Of a stretch of 64,000 nucleotides of DNA, positions 43,599 through 55,545 are shown in pieces; position 1 is the first letter of the stretch; each line of letters begins with the position of its first letter. The stretch lies in assembly GCA_964016885.1 (NCBI GenBank), contig OZ024741.1, positions 261,640,001 to 261,704,000 of the forward strand, written 5' to 3'. Source of the stretch: Eledone cirrhosa (taxonomy: Eukaryota). A program made the translations under genes and the position numbers. The notes under the pieces were generated by a model. The model was not told the DNA's origin. It was given only the letters and a program-made list of their open reading frames with translations, and did no database searches.

Positions 43599-46175
43599 GT
43601 TGTAACGGTTAGATGGAATTATTGGTATGAAGGTTTCAATGCAAAGAATAATACCAGGATTGTGTTGTTACAATGTTTATTTTATTATAACAATATTCAA
43701 TTTGAATATTGAATCTGAAAGATACAATATGACAGGCAGAAATGGTGCGTGTAAAAATGCAAGCAGTGTGAACTTACTATGTGTGCATGCGTATTAGTAT
43801 ACTTTCTTGTCTTAGCAGTAGTTGTATTCAATCAGCCATGCGGGAATGGCATGTGAGAAATTAGTGGACAGACTGGTTTTTCGTGAAGGGAGTTTGACAA
43901 CATAAGTGAATACCTCCTCACTTATCTGTAGTACCACTTTTTCTGCTGGGCATAAAGAAATCCTTGTATTTACAACTTCGTTGAAGTTAGAAGGATGGAT
44001 ATATCATCTGACCTGTGGTTAGTATCTCCCAAGGGGTTGGTCTGCCGGGTGTAAACAACCCTTGTATTTATAACGGTTGAAGTTAGAATGATGGATATAT
44101 CATCTGACCTCTTTTCTGTCGGGTGTAAACAACCGTCATCTGACATGTGGTTAGCATCTCCCAAGGGGCTGGTCTGCCGGGTGTAAACAACCAACCACAG
44201 CTTGTCCCAGAGGCGGGAAAGCTCATCAGATTCGGTTTCGAATCTTCGCCGGTTTCAATGCAGGAGTATTCCGTTATACTCCAGCCACTAAGCCATGCGC
44301 CTTCACACATTGTATGTGTGTCTATATAAAGATATATTAATAACATTTATATATCTGTATCGATTCTAGAGATGATATTCCTCTATCAATTTCAAGAGTT
44401 GTAAGAAATGAATTAACTGACAATAAAAATGTTAAATAATGATGCGACAGAGATCCTTGGAACAGTAGGAGATATATGATGAATGCATTGTTGGTGATTA
44501 ATGGAGTTCTCACATCAGTATTTAGAGGAGTTGGGGTAGCGGGAGGAAACTTTGAACTGGAGTTACTGGCGGTTTTTCTTATTGAGAATTTCTTCCCTTC
44601 TGATGAGAATGGCGAGTGATGATGTCGGTGATAGGGAGAGGGTGCAGACACCAATTATACGATTGGGTGTAGAATATGTAGACTAGACAGTATAGAGATT
44701 GAGAGAGTGTAGTTCTGAGAGGAATAGGATGTGTGGTTTGTGGATGGTGGTGGTGGTGGTGGTGGTGGTGATAGTGTGTGTGTGTATGTAGGAAGTCTAG
44801 GTTGAATTTGAGTTCACATGTTAGGAAAGATGGAGGATTGACCATTGAATTTTGTTTCCGTTGGGGGCTACCTGATGTGTGATAACAGAAATGTTTATTT
44901 TTTTATGTGTATTGACATAGATTCAATCCTAGTAATAAGGTATGTTAAGTCTCTTTACGTGCATACTTTAATTTCACACTGTTCTATATTCGGTTTGTGA
45001 AGGAAACTATAATTTCCTCTAAGTAATCAAAACATAAATGAACTACCGTTTCTTCCGTGTAGAACACGCACTCCTTTTTGACCAGAAAGATATCTGGAAA
45101 AGCCTAGTTTTGTGTATAGCGCTTTGAGAAACCGGAAAAAATCTGTCGCTGGACATTCAAGCTAGAGAGCATTAGTGAATGCAAAATATATATATGTACA
45201 ATGTATTATTTTCCAATAAAAAATAATTAGCCAGTTAATTAAATTTTTGACAGCTGTGACCCTAACAGATTAGTGATTCATGTTCACACCTTGTATAATG
45301 ATCCTTTTGATCATTTGGTAATTAAAGATGATAAAATATAATAATTATACAAACAGTTCAATTATGTTTACAATATTATAAATAGCAATGCAAATCCTAG
45401 CCTGTCATTCACAAAGTGATGATGTGTAGAGTTAGAAACTTGTACACTGCAAAAGAAAAGCTATGTTACATTGCCTATGCAGAAACACGGAATAACCGTG
45501 CCACCGGCACAGAGTAGAGCTTATGAGAGGGGGGTTGAGCCGATACTTTGTTCCGAGGCCCAAGAGCTAAGAAGGCCCCACAGAAACCATGCAACATCCA
45601 TTTTGAGAAAGTATTTTACCTGTTTCGGGCCCCAAAGGGATCTTGTATCGCCTTGCAAAATTTCTCATGGCGACCCTGGCAGAGAGTCCAGTTAGAGACA
45701 GGCGTCTACTAAATGGTTTTCTGAGGGGGTTAGCCAAACAAAATAAAGCAGAACGTTGGAAGTCAGCAAAATTCCTTGAACGTGAACAGAGTGTTGTTGA
45801 TTAGACAATACAAGCTAGAGAGTAGGGTATTGCTGTATCAAACCACAGATCTACGGCTCAAAACAACGCTAGTAGCCTCTGAAAGCTGGTCTTACGGCTT
45901 ACTGCGCAGACACCAACTGTCCATACACACACGCAACCACATTTCACAGCGACCTCCAGGAGATTATGAAGATAAATTATTAGAATTTCAACGTATACAG
46001 TATCAGTAAACCTTTATTCAAAAGGTACGATCGAAGTTAAAAGTGCACGGTGTTGGTTGATTCTTGATACAATATTTTGTCTTCTGCTGGCTTTTTTCTT
46101 GGGAAAATAATTGAAAAAGCTGGAAAAATATAGTTATGGTGTATACTGCGCAGACTCAAAACAAATAGGGAAGAA

Positions 46176-47470
46176 TCTATACTATAAAGCTGACGGCCGT
46201 ATGTAGGTAACAAACTTTCCGCCAAACGGCTGGACCAAACAGCACCAAATTTGCACCATAGATGTAACTTTTTCCAAGTAAAAAAGTGAGGCTATTTTTG
46301 TCTACTGAATTTTGTTAAAAGATTAAAGACATTATTTAAATATTCACTTCTTTAAAATTTCAAATGTCAACACTTCCGGTTATACGACATTCTTCACTTT
46401 TTCTTATGATGTCGCACAAGATTCCCCTCTTTTTCTTAGTCTGTATGACTGGCTGTCTGCATTAGATAACGTTTTTCGAAGTATTTAGTTCTGCGTTCAC
46501 ATACTGATTTTTTTAGTTTCAGAAGATCCCATTAAGAGTGAAAGCAGCGATTCTTTGCTTAAACTTCAATCTGTTATTTTAATATATACATTCGTGTACA
46601 GATATTTTTGCATACACAAAAACAAAAACCTATTTATTTCACGAAAGCACAGACGGCTTATCGTCATTGTTACTGTTCGAGGTTAGAGGACCACAGTCTT
46701 TCCAAGATCTGAGAACCATCAATGGCCATCAATGTTCCACTTACCGTTTGGCTTGCCAGATGCGTGGTATCTTACACGATGACAGCCATTAGCATCTCAC
46801 CCTGCAAGAAGCAGACACTGCTAAAGCCCCTTCTCAGCTGCGAAAACCTTTTGCTATTATGTTGCACAACTGCGATCTCGCCGACCCCCTCGCACTGTGG
46901 AACAACCACCGCGAAAGTCTAGCTGAGGACATCTTCCAACTCACACGCAGACACAATCCGAACGTAACATACGATGTCGTTTTCAATAATGCGCTCATTT
47001 ATCTTGAAAACAGTGTCCTGGAGATTGGTGGTAGGCCTCTAAGTCACTACAGCTTACCTGCTCCTAACAGGAGTGTCCAGAGGTCAACGTCTACAGAGCT
47101 TCTCCGCGAGACGAGCTACGAGATCAGTGATTCTCCCAAGGTAGGTATGTAGGATGCTCTAGGGTGAGCTCGCCAAACAATTTCTTCATCTTTGATCCGG
47201 AGGACCGAACAAAAAATATTGTATACTCTGAGGCTCTAACAATGTAATTTAAATATTTTCTGTTACTTGGAATTTCCATTATGGTTGTACAAATTATTGT
47301 TTGTTAAAAAATATGTTCTCTGTTCAGCCTTTATTGTTGTAATTATCAATTTTCTTTAACGTACTGGCTGCTGAACTTTGGAATCCTAAAAACTATGCAA
47401 ACCCAACATCAGAGCACGTTAAACCCCACCCCTCGCTGACTTGAGCGGGCGTGCGGTATCTTTGCACTAG
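46176..47470 (+). mobile_element. Internally deleted Helitron with RepHel remnants
   Basis: A|TCTATACTATAAAGC 5' end; VRGPQSFQDLRTING..TYRLACQMRGIL..DPLALWNNHRESLAED; C-terminal ..RTKNIVYSEAL; 3' GTGC..GCAC-TAG. Confidence 0.85.
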
Positions 47471-47584
47471 AGTGTAGGGGGGATTCCTGAAATGATAAAA
47501 TGCCTGTATACCTAGCCGAGCGCCAGCCGGACAGGCCAGATAGTATGGTAAATAAAACACAAACAAGGAAAATAACTCTTATAT

Positions 47585-47955
47585 AATTGTTTCTACATTT
47601 GGCACAAGGCCAACAATTATCCGAGTGCATTATTGGTACTGGATTGGCAGTATCGGTAGAGAGTCGGACGCCATGCTTTCCAGCATAGTTACGTCCCTTT
47701 ACGATCTAAGTTCAAATTCCGCCGAGGTTGACTTTGCCATCCATCCTTACGGGGTCGATAAAATAAAGTACCAGTAATGCACTGGGTAATTGCTGGCCTT
47801 GTGCCTAAAGTAGAAACAATTATTGGTACTTTATTTTATCGACCCCGTATGGATGAAAGGCAAAGTTAACCTCGGCGCGATTTGAACTCAGATCATAAAG
47901 GGCCATAACTCTATGCTGGAAAGCATGGTGTCTGGCTCTCTACCAATACTGTTAA
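47585..47955. mobile_element. + strand SINE (47641-47818) nested in a - strand SINE of the same family
   Basis: 12-bp TSD ATTATTGGTACT at 47629-47640 and 47819-47830. Confidence 0.85.
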
Positions 47956-48329
47956 TAAACCACCTCTATATAATTCTTATATAGTAATAACTCTACGCGT
48001 TAAGAATGCAAGGGAGGCAACTCAGAAGAAACTACAAACCCAAATTACTTAAGTAATGATATTTTATATGTTGAAAAGAATTTATCCAAACATAAAACCT
48101 CTCGATTCACGAACGGTGTCTCGAGTAACCAACACCCAAGGCAGTAACAACGGTTGGCAACGAAATTGGAGTATCAGTGGGGCAGCGTGACCTGCTGTGT
48201 AGTTAGTCACTATGGTGATACCTATCTGTCTTTCAAACACAGTCTTTTTCTCATTGTATTTCTCTCTCACATTTCGTATAGGAAAATATGTATATGCTAT
48301 CAAAGCAAAGCGAAACTTGTTTTCTGCAA

Positions 48330-49206
48330 AAAATTATTTTAGTAGATATTAAAAAGGAATAAATGTTGTGGAAGGTTGTGCTGGAGTATGAGATCGATGG
48401 GCAGCTTCTTACTGCCCTGGTGTCTCTATATGAATGTCCAAGTATTTGTGTTCGGATAAACGGTGCTAAATCGAAACCATTCAATGTGAGTATCGTACTC
48501 CACCAAGGATGCACACTGTCACCTCTCCAGTGCATTATTTACGTTAACAAGATTGACATGCACAGCCGTGTTGGAAGTGGTATCACGACTTGTGGGTGTA
48601 AAATCAGTTGGCTCAAATTTGTAGATGACTTAACTCAACAGAAGGTGATGTTTGACTTGCACATGATAGGTTTGATGCCAAGTGCTGCATGACCGGAATG
48701 AAAATGAGTGCTGCAAAACTGAAACAATCGTCCTCTTAAGGAAACCGGTACAGTGCACTCTATATATGATAGCCAAACTTGCTATCTTCATTTTGGTATT
48801 CGTGCCAACCATTACCTATGGTTATGAATCTTGGGTAATGACCGAAAGAATACTATCTCGAATACAAGCAGCTAAAATGGGATTTCTCTGAAGGGTCTCG
48901 GAGATCAGAGAATTGCTCCATGTAGAGCTGCAACTTCTCTTCCGATAATATGGGCATGTGATTAGAATGTCTCGGGAAACAATCACTGGACAGATTTTAC
49001 GGACAAAACCAACTGACAGGAGACCCAGGGGTAAACCTCGAGCAAGAGTGTTGGTTAACATCCATGAGCTCCGATGGTTTCGCTTAGGGATCCAGTCGAA
49101 TCAGTTGGAAATGGTTGTTTCTGACGAGCTCTGGAAGCATTCTTTGAGGATTCTGCCCCACGACCCGACCCTCTAAGGAATAAGTTGGCAAAGAAGAAGA
49201 AGAAGG
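48330..49206 (+). mobile_element. 5'-truncated RTE/Expander-like LINE with (GAA)n tail
   Basis: LWKV..YEIDGQLL..HQGCTLSPL..FVDDL; FVPTITYGYESWVMT; RRPRGKPR. Confidence 0.8.
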
Positions 49207-49209
49207 AGT

Positions 49210-50015
49210 ATCCTGCAGTCCATTGTCTGATTGCCACCGTCAACGCTGCTACTGTAAAAATCCAACACTGTCGGAAGCAATTCAAAATAATCGGATACCC
49301 CTTCAACCAATCATGACCAGGTAAGGTAGCTGATTGGATGCCTGCAATTACTGTGCCAAGAAACTTGTAGCAGTTACAGAAATTGTAGAGAGTTTTGAGT
49401 ACGAAGGTAGCTCGGTGCAGAGAATGAAAGAAGCTGTGCGAAATCCTGATATCAGAACTAATCTCAACTAAATCTGTTCATACAATTTACAGTTGAAAGA
49501 GCTGGCTATGAAAGCTGAATCTAGAGCTTTCACCATCTACGATACTTTAAAAAGCCTAGAAAAATGAAATATAATGAAGACCCATGTTGCATCATGAATT
49601 ACATTGATTTTAGATTCAATAAAAATCAAATCAATTCGATAATTCAATGAATGAACCCCATAGTTTCAAATGTGGAATATGCTTATCTGTGACAATGCCA
49701 AGTGACATCAGCTGATGTAGAACACAATTTTTTGTTGTTGAAAACTATGCTTGCAAAAAAACAGGCACATTTTGCATACAAATATATCGTATTGCACTAT
49801 AATAAAGTCCCCAAATGGTTATTTTTAAAATTGTTTTGATAATATATCATAAAGGATTCAAGACTAGAGTCAACCCTCTAATGTGTATGGATTTATTAAT
49901 AATAAGATTAAAATCAGGTTAAAATATTTCAATAAAGTTAAAAAATAAGGATAAAAAGTATGAAAATAAGTTTAAAATCATGAAATTTCTAAGGATTAAA
50001 TAAAATTGCCCTATC
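49210..50015 (+). mobile_element. hAT-like transposase remnant
   Basis: PQPIMTR..LDACNY and VTSADVEHNF (similar to S.DVERSFS dimerisation motif); heavily decayed. Confidence 0.45.
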
Positions 50016-50580
50016 TGTTCCACGTCAGCTGTATAAGGTTGAAGAATAAAAGTGAAAAAGACAAGGTTTAGTAATTAATTATTCCATCGCTTTATTATTG
50101 CTTCAAAAGGCAAAATAAGGGTTGTGATTAATAGATTCTCGGAGAGGGTGGTATTCTAATGGCCACACTTAAACCACACGAATTTGACCACATTTATCAA
50201 GAACATAGACTTACACTTTAGAAAATATTCGCACTTCTTTGACTACTCTATTTTGGATTTAAAATCAAAATCCTCTAATGTTGATATCTGTTCGTCTGCA
50301 GTATATATACAATGAGATATGATTAAAATGTAGACGTTGTATTACATAGCAAGTGTACCCTTATCTCTATACGTTTACATTGAGAATATAGGGTGTTATT
50401 ATTACGTAACATTTAAACCTATCCCACATTCTGATAGGTTCACCAAGAACCTCGATATTGTTTCAAAAATTTAGATTTCTCAATCATATGTAATATCAAA
50501 AAATTATCAAATCCCAATAAGCACATTGCAAAAAACAAAACAAGAAACAAAAATATAATTAAAATTGTAATACATTCACA

Positions 50581-50700
50581 AATAATTGTTTCTACTTTTG
50601 GCACAAGGCCAGCAATTATCCCAGTGTATTACTGGTACTTTATATTATCGATCCCGTAAGGATGAAAAGTAAAGTTAACCTCGGCGGGATTTGAACTCAA
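50581..50700 (-). mobile_element. SINE fragment
   Basis: Same family as the 36212 and 47641 copies. Confidence 0.8.
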
Positions 50701-50977
50701 ATAATATAACCTACATAGTATTATTAGGTTTGTTAAAATTGTATCCTTACGACCTTCCAATAATTGTGTAGGGGAAATATGAATAAATGTAAACCCGTTC
50801 AATGTATAGATATTAATACTCATGATTTGTCAATATGTATAATTATATCTTTATTTATACAGAATTTACAGAAGTTATATCATTACATTAATTTTTACTC
50901 ACATAGATATGAATTGAAAGATAAATCCAAATTTTATAACTCATATTTTCTACATCTGAAAATGAACATTGACAAAA

Positions 50978-51770
50978 GTGGTATATGAATCGTGGGGACA
51001 CCAGTGGTATATGAATGGTGGGGATACCAGTGGTATATTAATGGTGGGGACACCAGTGGTATATTAATGGTGGGGATACCAGTGGTATATTAATGGTGGG
51101 GATACCAGTGGTATATTAATGGTGGGGACACCAGTGGTATATGAATGGTGGGGACACCAGTGGTATATTAATGGTGGGGACACCAGTGGTAAATTAATGG
51201 TGGGTACACCAGTGGTATATTAAAGGTGGGGATACCAGTGGTATATTAATGGTGGGGACACCAGTGGTATATTAATGGTGGGGATACCAGTGGTATATTA
51301 ATGGTGGGGACACCAGTGGTAAATTAATGGTGGGGACACCAGTGGTATATTAATGGTGGGGACACCAGTGGTATATTAATGGTGGGGACACCAGTGGTAT
51401 ATTAATGGTGGGGACACCAGTGGGAAATTAATGGTGGGGACACCAGTGGTATATTAATGGTGGGGACACCAGTGGTATATTAATGGTGGGGGCACCAGTG
51501 GTATATTAATGGTGGGGATACCAGTGGTATATTAATGGTGGGGACACCAGTGGTATATTAATGGTGGGGACACCAGTGGTATATTAATGGTGGGGACACC
51601 AGTGGTATATGAAGGGTGAGGACAACAGTGGTATATTAATGGTGGGGACACCACTGGTATATTAATGGTGGGGACACCACTGGTATATTAATGGTGGGGA
51701 CACCAGTGGTATATTAATGGTGAGGATACCAGTGGTATATTAATAGTGGAGACACCAGTGGTATATGACA
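50978..51770. repeat. 26-bp minisatellite GGTGGGGACACCAGTGGTATATTAAT, ~30 copies
   Basis: Directly visible tandem array. Confidence 0.97.
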
Positions 51771-52428
51771 ATGACGTCAGTGGTTTATGACAATGACATT
51801 TGAGGTTTATTGATGGTAGGGACTCTTGTGTGATATATACGCAGGGGAAACTACCAGGATATGAATGGTGAGATCATATGAATACATTTTTCAAGTTAAT
51901 ATATGGTAAGGAAGGAAATGAGATCTTTATTTGAAGATAAGGAATAACTATAGTCTTATCATCCAACTATTTGACCTCTTCACTATTTTACAGTCTACTC
52001 CAACCTGCAGGTTGTAGGTCCATGTAATTTGCATAAGTAAAAAAATAATAAAATGGAGAAATAAAACCTTCATAGAGAGAATTAATAATGGCTTTGTTTA
52101 GAGTTTTATTTTGGTTTCAGTTAAGGCTCATGTATGAACATGTTCCAACCTATTAGAACCAATTAGCATAGTATAATCAACTGAAGCCTGTAGATCAAAT
52201 GATAATTACGAATAATATTTGGTCATTATAATTTGCATCATTTGTTATATTGAATCATGTCTATAGTTGTCGTCTTGTCTTTGCCTACATAAATCAGCTT
52301 TTCTCCTAGTCTAAGAACATTTAAATTAAGAAGTCTTCCTTACAATCTTCAGTACATTTACTGTTAGTGTATGTGTAAGATGAGCAGTTACAATAGTAGA
52401 TTGTAAAATTAATATTCGCTGCCATGTA

Positions 52429-52506
52429 TCATTTTATAACGTTGGAGTATAATGACATTCCTCTCTGAAAATGTTCAGCAACTTCCCAAATGAAAGCGTA
52501 AGAATC
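52429..52506 (-). CDS. PTP gene terminal coding exon (DSYAFIWEVAEHFQRGMSLYSNVIK*)
   Basis: AG acceptor at 52507-52508, phase 0, TGA stop; resembles the PTP C-terminal helix (QY.F.Y-like). Confidence 0.75.
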   Translation of the reverse strand, partial: DSYAFIWEVAEHFQRGMSLYSNVIK

Positions 52507-54574
52507 CTGTCAGATAAAAATAGTCAATTATTAAAGTAAATCAATATATGTGTTATTTATTGAAATCAACTAAAATTTTTATTCAACATTAAAATATTCA
52601 TTTAAATCAATTAAAATTACCAAACATCCAATCCTTTCTTTTACTCTATCTTTTATGCAATGTATATAAAGTTGTGCTAAAATATATATATAGCATGAAG
52701 ATATCAATATAAGAACTTCACAAATATGGACCTTGACAGAGATATTATCCATGGAAGAGTTTTTGATAATTTCTAACTCGATGATTTAAACAAGGTCCCA
52801 TATACATTTTACTCATTAATTCTAGATTATATAATCATATTTCATAGATTCTGTATAGTAATATATGATATTTAATATTTTAACGCTAATTAATGTTTTC
52901 TAATTGTTCACTACAAAATATTGATATGATTATTACCATGATATCAGTAAATAAAACAAAATGGTGTATAAAACGCACCCTTATATTATAAACCAAATGT
53001 CTTAGAAAAATCTAACCTGATATTTAAAACGTATTGTTCCATACACAAAAGTAGTCAAGTGTTGAGTTATTTTGTACCAAACTAACACTGATTAACGTAT
53101 ATGATGTCTGTCGAAAATGTATCCGATCTACGACAGGGAAAACTATTACCTGCTTTGTTGGGTTCAGTTGATAACTTTCGAAATATGGCTTTTGTGTCAT
53201 CCCACATTTAGTGATAATTCCGCTAATTGAATGTCTACTGGGCTCTCAAGGTCTTTCAGTGGCATCTGCATACTTGGGAACAACCAAAAATCAGAGGGTG
53301 TGCCATGGAGAGAAGGGAATAAGTGAAATATTTTTCTTTGCCAAGGAACTTTGCATCAACAGCCATGTATGAATTATGGTGTTGACCTGATGCAGCTGCC
53401 AGTTTTATGAGGCTCACGGTTTCAGTCTCTTGGACCAAACTGGTGGAATTCCTGATAGTCCTACTTGTTAAAGGCTTGTGCTACTAGTGTGTATTTATGA
53501 TGTACAATACTTTGTAGTTGAAGCAGCTGTCAGCACTACTTTGATTTTGCTCCGAATCCGACATGCACTTTTGGGTCTTGGTGTGTTTGCATGCTTTCAC
53601 TATGACAGTTGAATTTCGGGTTGCTGGTCGTTTTCTTACATCTCTTGGTAGCTTAGTCGGTGATGTGCAAATGTATCCATGGCAAACTGCACCTCATGCA
53701 ATGTATCATAGAACAGATTGGAATTAAACTTGGCTTAGGTGGGCCACTGTTAAATGTAGATCACTCCAAAGCTTTTCACGAGGTTTAACCATCGCTATCT
53801 GGAATCTATCTTAAGAGCAGCCAGTTTCGATCTGCATTTCCAAGGCTCAGTCAACAGAAAGAAAACAGCAATAAATGTTCGGTGGACAAACCAATCGGCC
53901 ATTCTCCAAAATCCTTCTGGATTACACATGCACATTCTGATGTTGTTGCACCTGCAGAAATACCTTAACTCCCACTACAACCAGCCAGCACAGATGCCTT
54001 TCGTTCGACAGGTTTTTTTGTCAGCACGTTTCTTTCTTGGAACTACAATCCTGGGTCATGCATCAGTTATGTTGAATGCTGTGTGGCACACACGGCACAT
54101 AACTAACTGGGTAAGACAAGCAGTGACACAAAACAAGTGTTTGCTTTTGATAGAGCATAGTGTAAGTAATGAACAAGGATGGCCTAGGAACTACTATGGG
54201 CATTGATGAGAAGAATGAGAGCTGACTATTCTGGAGAAACTTCAGACATTATTTGTTGAAAGAGCCACAAGAGAAAATTATCTGTTTAAGATATGGTCTA
54301 CATACACAGCTATTCATGAGTCATCCCATCAAAGTAAAGCTATTCTACTCCATTAGTTTTCAGTTTAAGTTATTGAGAGAAATCATTCAACACTCGTTCA
54401 AATGTGTCATTACACTATGTATGATATACAAACAAACGAAGACATTGCAAGAAAAAATATATTCATGGTTTTAGTGTCTGTGGAATATTGAAGAAAAGAG
54501 TTTCTTCCCTGCTACATTTACCTAAATCTAGTTTGAAAAAATAAAATACAACAAAGAGAAATTGATTTACTTAC

Positions 54575-54710
54575 AAAATCAGCAACTATCTTTGGTTGTG
54601 TTTTCTTGATCAGTCGGACTAGTCGTACTATATTGATTACAGATTGACATGTCATTGCAGCTTTCAATATGTGAATGATGCACAGGAAACCACTTTTATG
54701 GAAATTTTCA
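54575..54710 (-). CDS. PTP gene exon, 136 bp (S-ENFHKSGFLCIIHIL...QPKIVADF)
   Basis: AG/GT boundaries, phase 2 to 0, continues the VHC motif; 136-bp exon size typical of receptor PTP domains. Confidence 0.85.
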
Positions 54711-55107
54711 CTGTTCATGAAAGAATGAGAGAGTGACATATGAACAAGCTGATAAATAATTAGGTAGTTAAATAAATGTGGTGGGTCTTCTTGCGCTTAG
54801 TTTTCCGCTTTGTGAAGTTACTCTCAATATATAGAATAATAAATAAGAGAGTATTGAAGTTTGCTTGAAGCATTGTGGAACAATAAGTAAATATTTATAA
54901 GTCGTTTGGAAGCCTCGACAATGCAAATGGGTAAATCTCCGGGTAACAGGGTCCGGTGGAGGAGAGAGAGATATGTAAGTGGGTGTACGTTGAGATGCGT
55001 GGTGTGTATAAGATGTGTGAGATGTGTAGAATGAAGGGAAGAGTGAAAGGGTAAAAATAATAATAACAACACAGGAGAGAGAGTTACCTTGGGAGAGATT
55101 TAATAGT

Positions 55108-55144
55108 CCCTATATATTTCGGATTCACATCCATCAACTGGGGG
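55108..55144 (-). ncRNA. Non-canonical hammerhead-like motif in pLTR (second copy 58408-58443)
   Basis: ccc-CAGUUGAU-GGAU(GUGA)AUCC-GAAA-UAUA-UA-ggg followed by AUUAAA; the core deviates from CUGANGA. Confidence 0.4.
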
Positions 55145-55545
55145 TTTTTTTCCGGGGTGTCGGACAATTCGGAACGCGTCTTTCGCTGTTTGTTGATTTG
55201 AATATCTGAGGTATTCGGTCGAGCGCGCGTGCGCGTGAAATGGGGTCGGTCGTACAGAAGTCAACGGCCGAATGAGGGAGTGGGATGGCGCTAGCTGTCT
55301 GTCAGTCCATTCTCTGCCTGCTTGTTAAATGTTACTGTGTGTGTGTGTGCGTGTGTTGTTGTCTCGCTTGAGTGTGTGTGTGTGTGTGTGCGTGTGTAGT
55401 TGCCTTGTTCATCTGTATTGGCAGTGTAGTATGTTCGTATGGTGGAATGCTACTGTGTGTGTGTGTGTGCGTGTGTGTGTGTAGTTGTCTCGTTTGCGTG
55501 TGTGTGTGTGTGCGTGTGTTGTGTGTTGTTGCATCGCTTGTTAAC

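Larger units (their letters stand above)
40454..44278 (-). mobile_element. Ty3/Gypsy LTR retrotransposon, CsRn1-like lineage, integrase deleted
   Basis: LTRs 43601-44278 and ~40456-41130; CTCC TSD; gag IPPFW..WFAHIEAQF and C-X2-H-X9-C-X3-C; protease LVDTGA; RT YIDD; RNase H TDAS; tRNA-Trp PBS. Confidence 0.93.

Noticed and set aside
44215-44262. CTGATGA and GAAAC on the - strand in the Gypsy LTR
   Set aside because: Order and pairing do not give a valid hammerhead; there is no UH cleavage site before stem I.
45510-45679. Possible MITE (CAGAG...CCCTG ends)
   Set aside because: The terminal inverted repeats are weak and there is no clear TSD.
53140-54250. Short ORFs and a candidate splice donor in the last PTP intron
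   Set aside because: No recognisable domain; the candidate exon phase is incompatible with the PTP frame.
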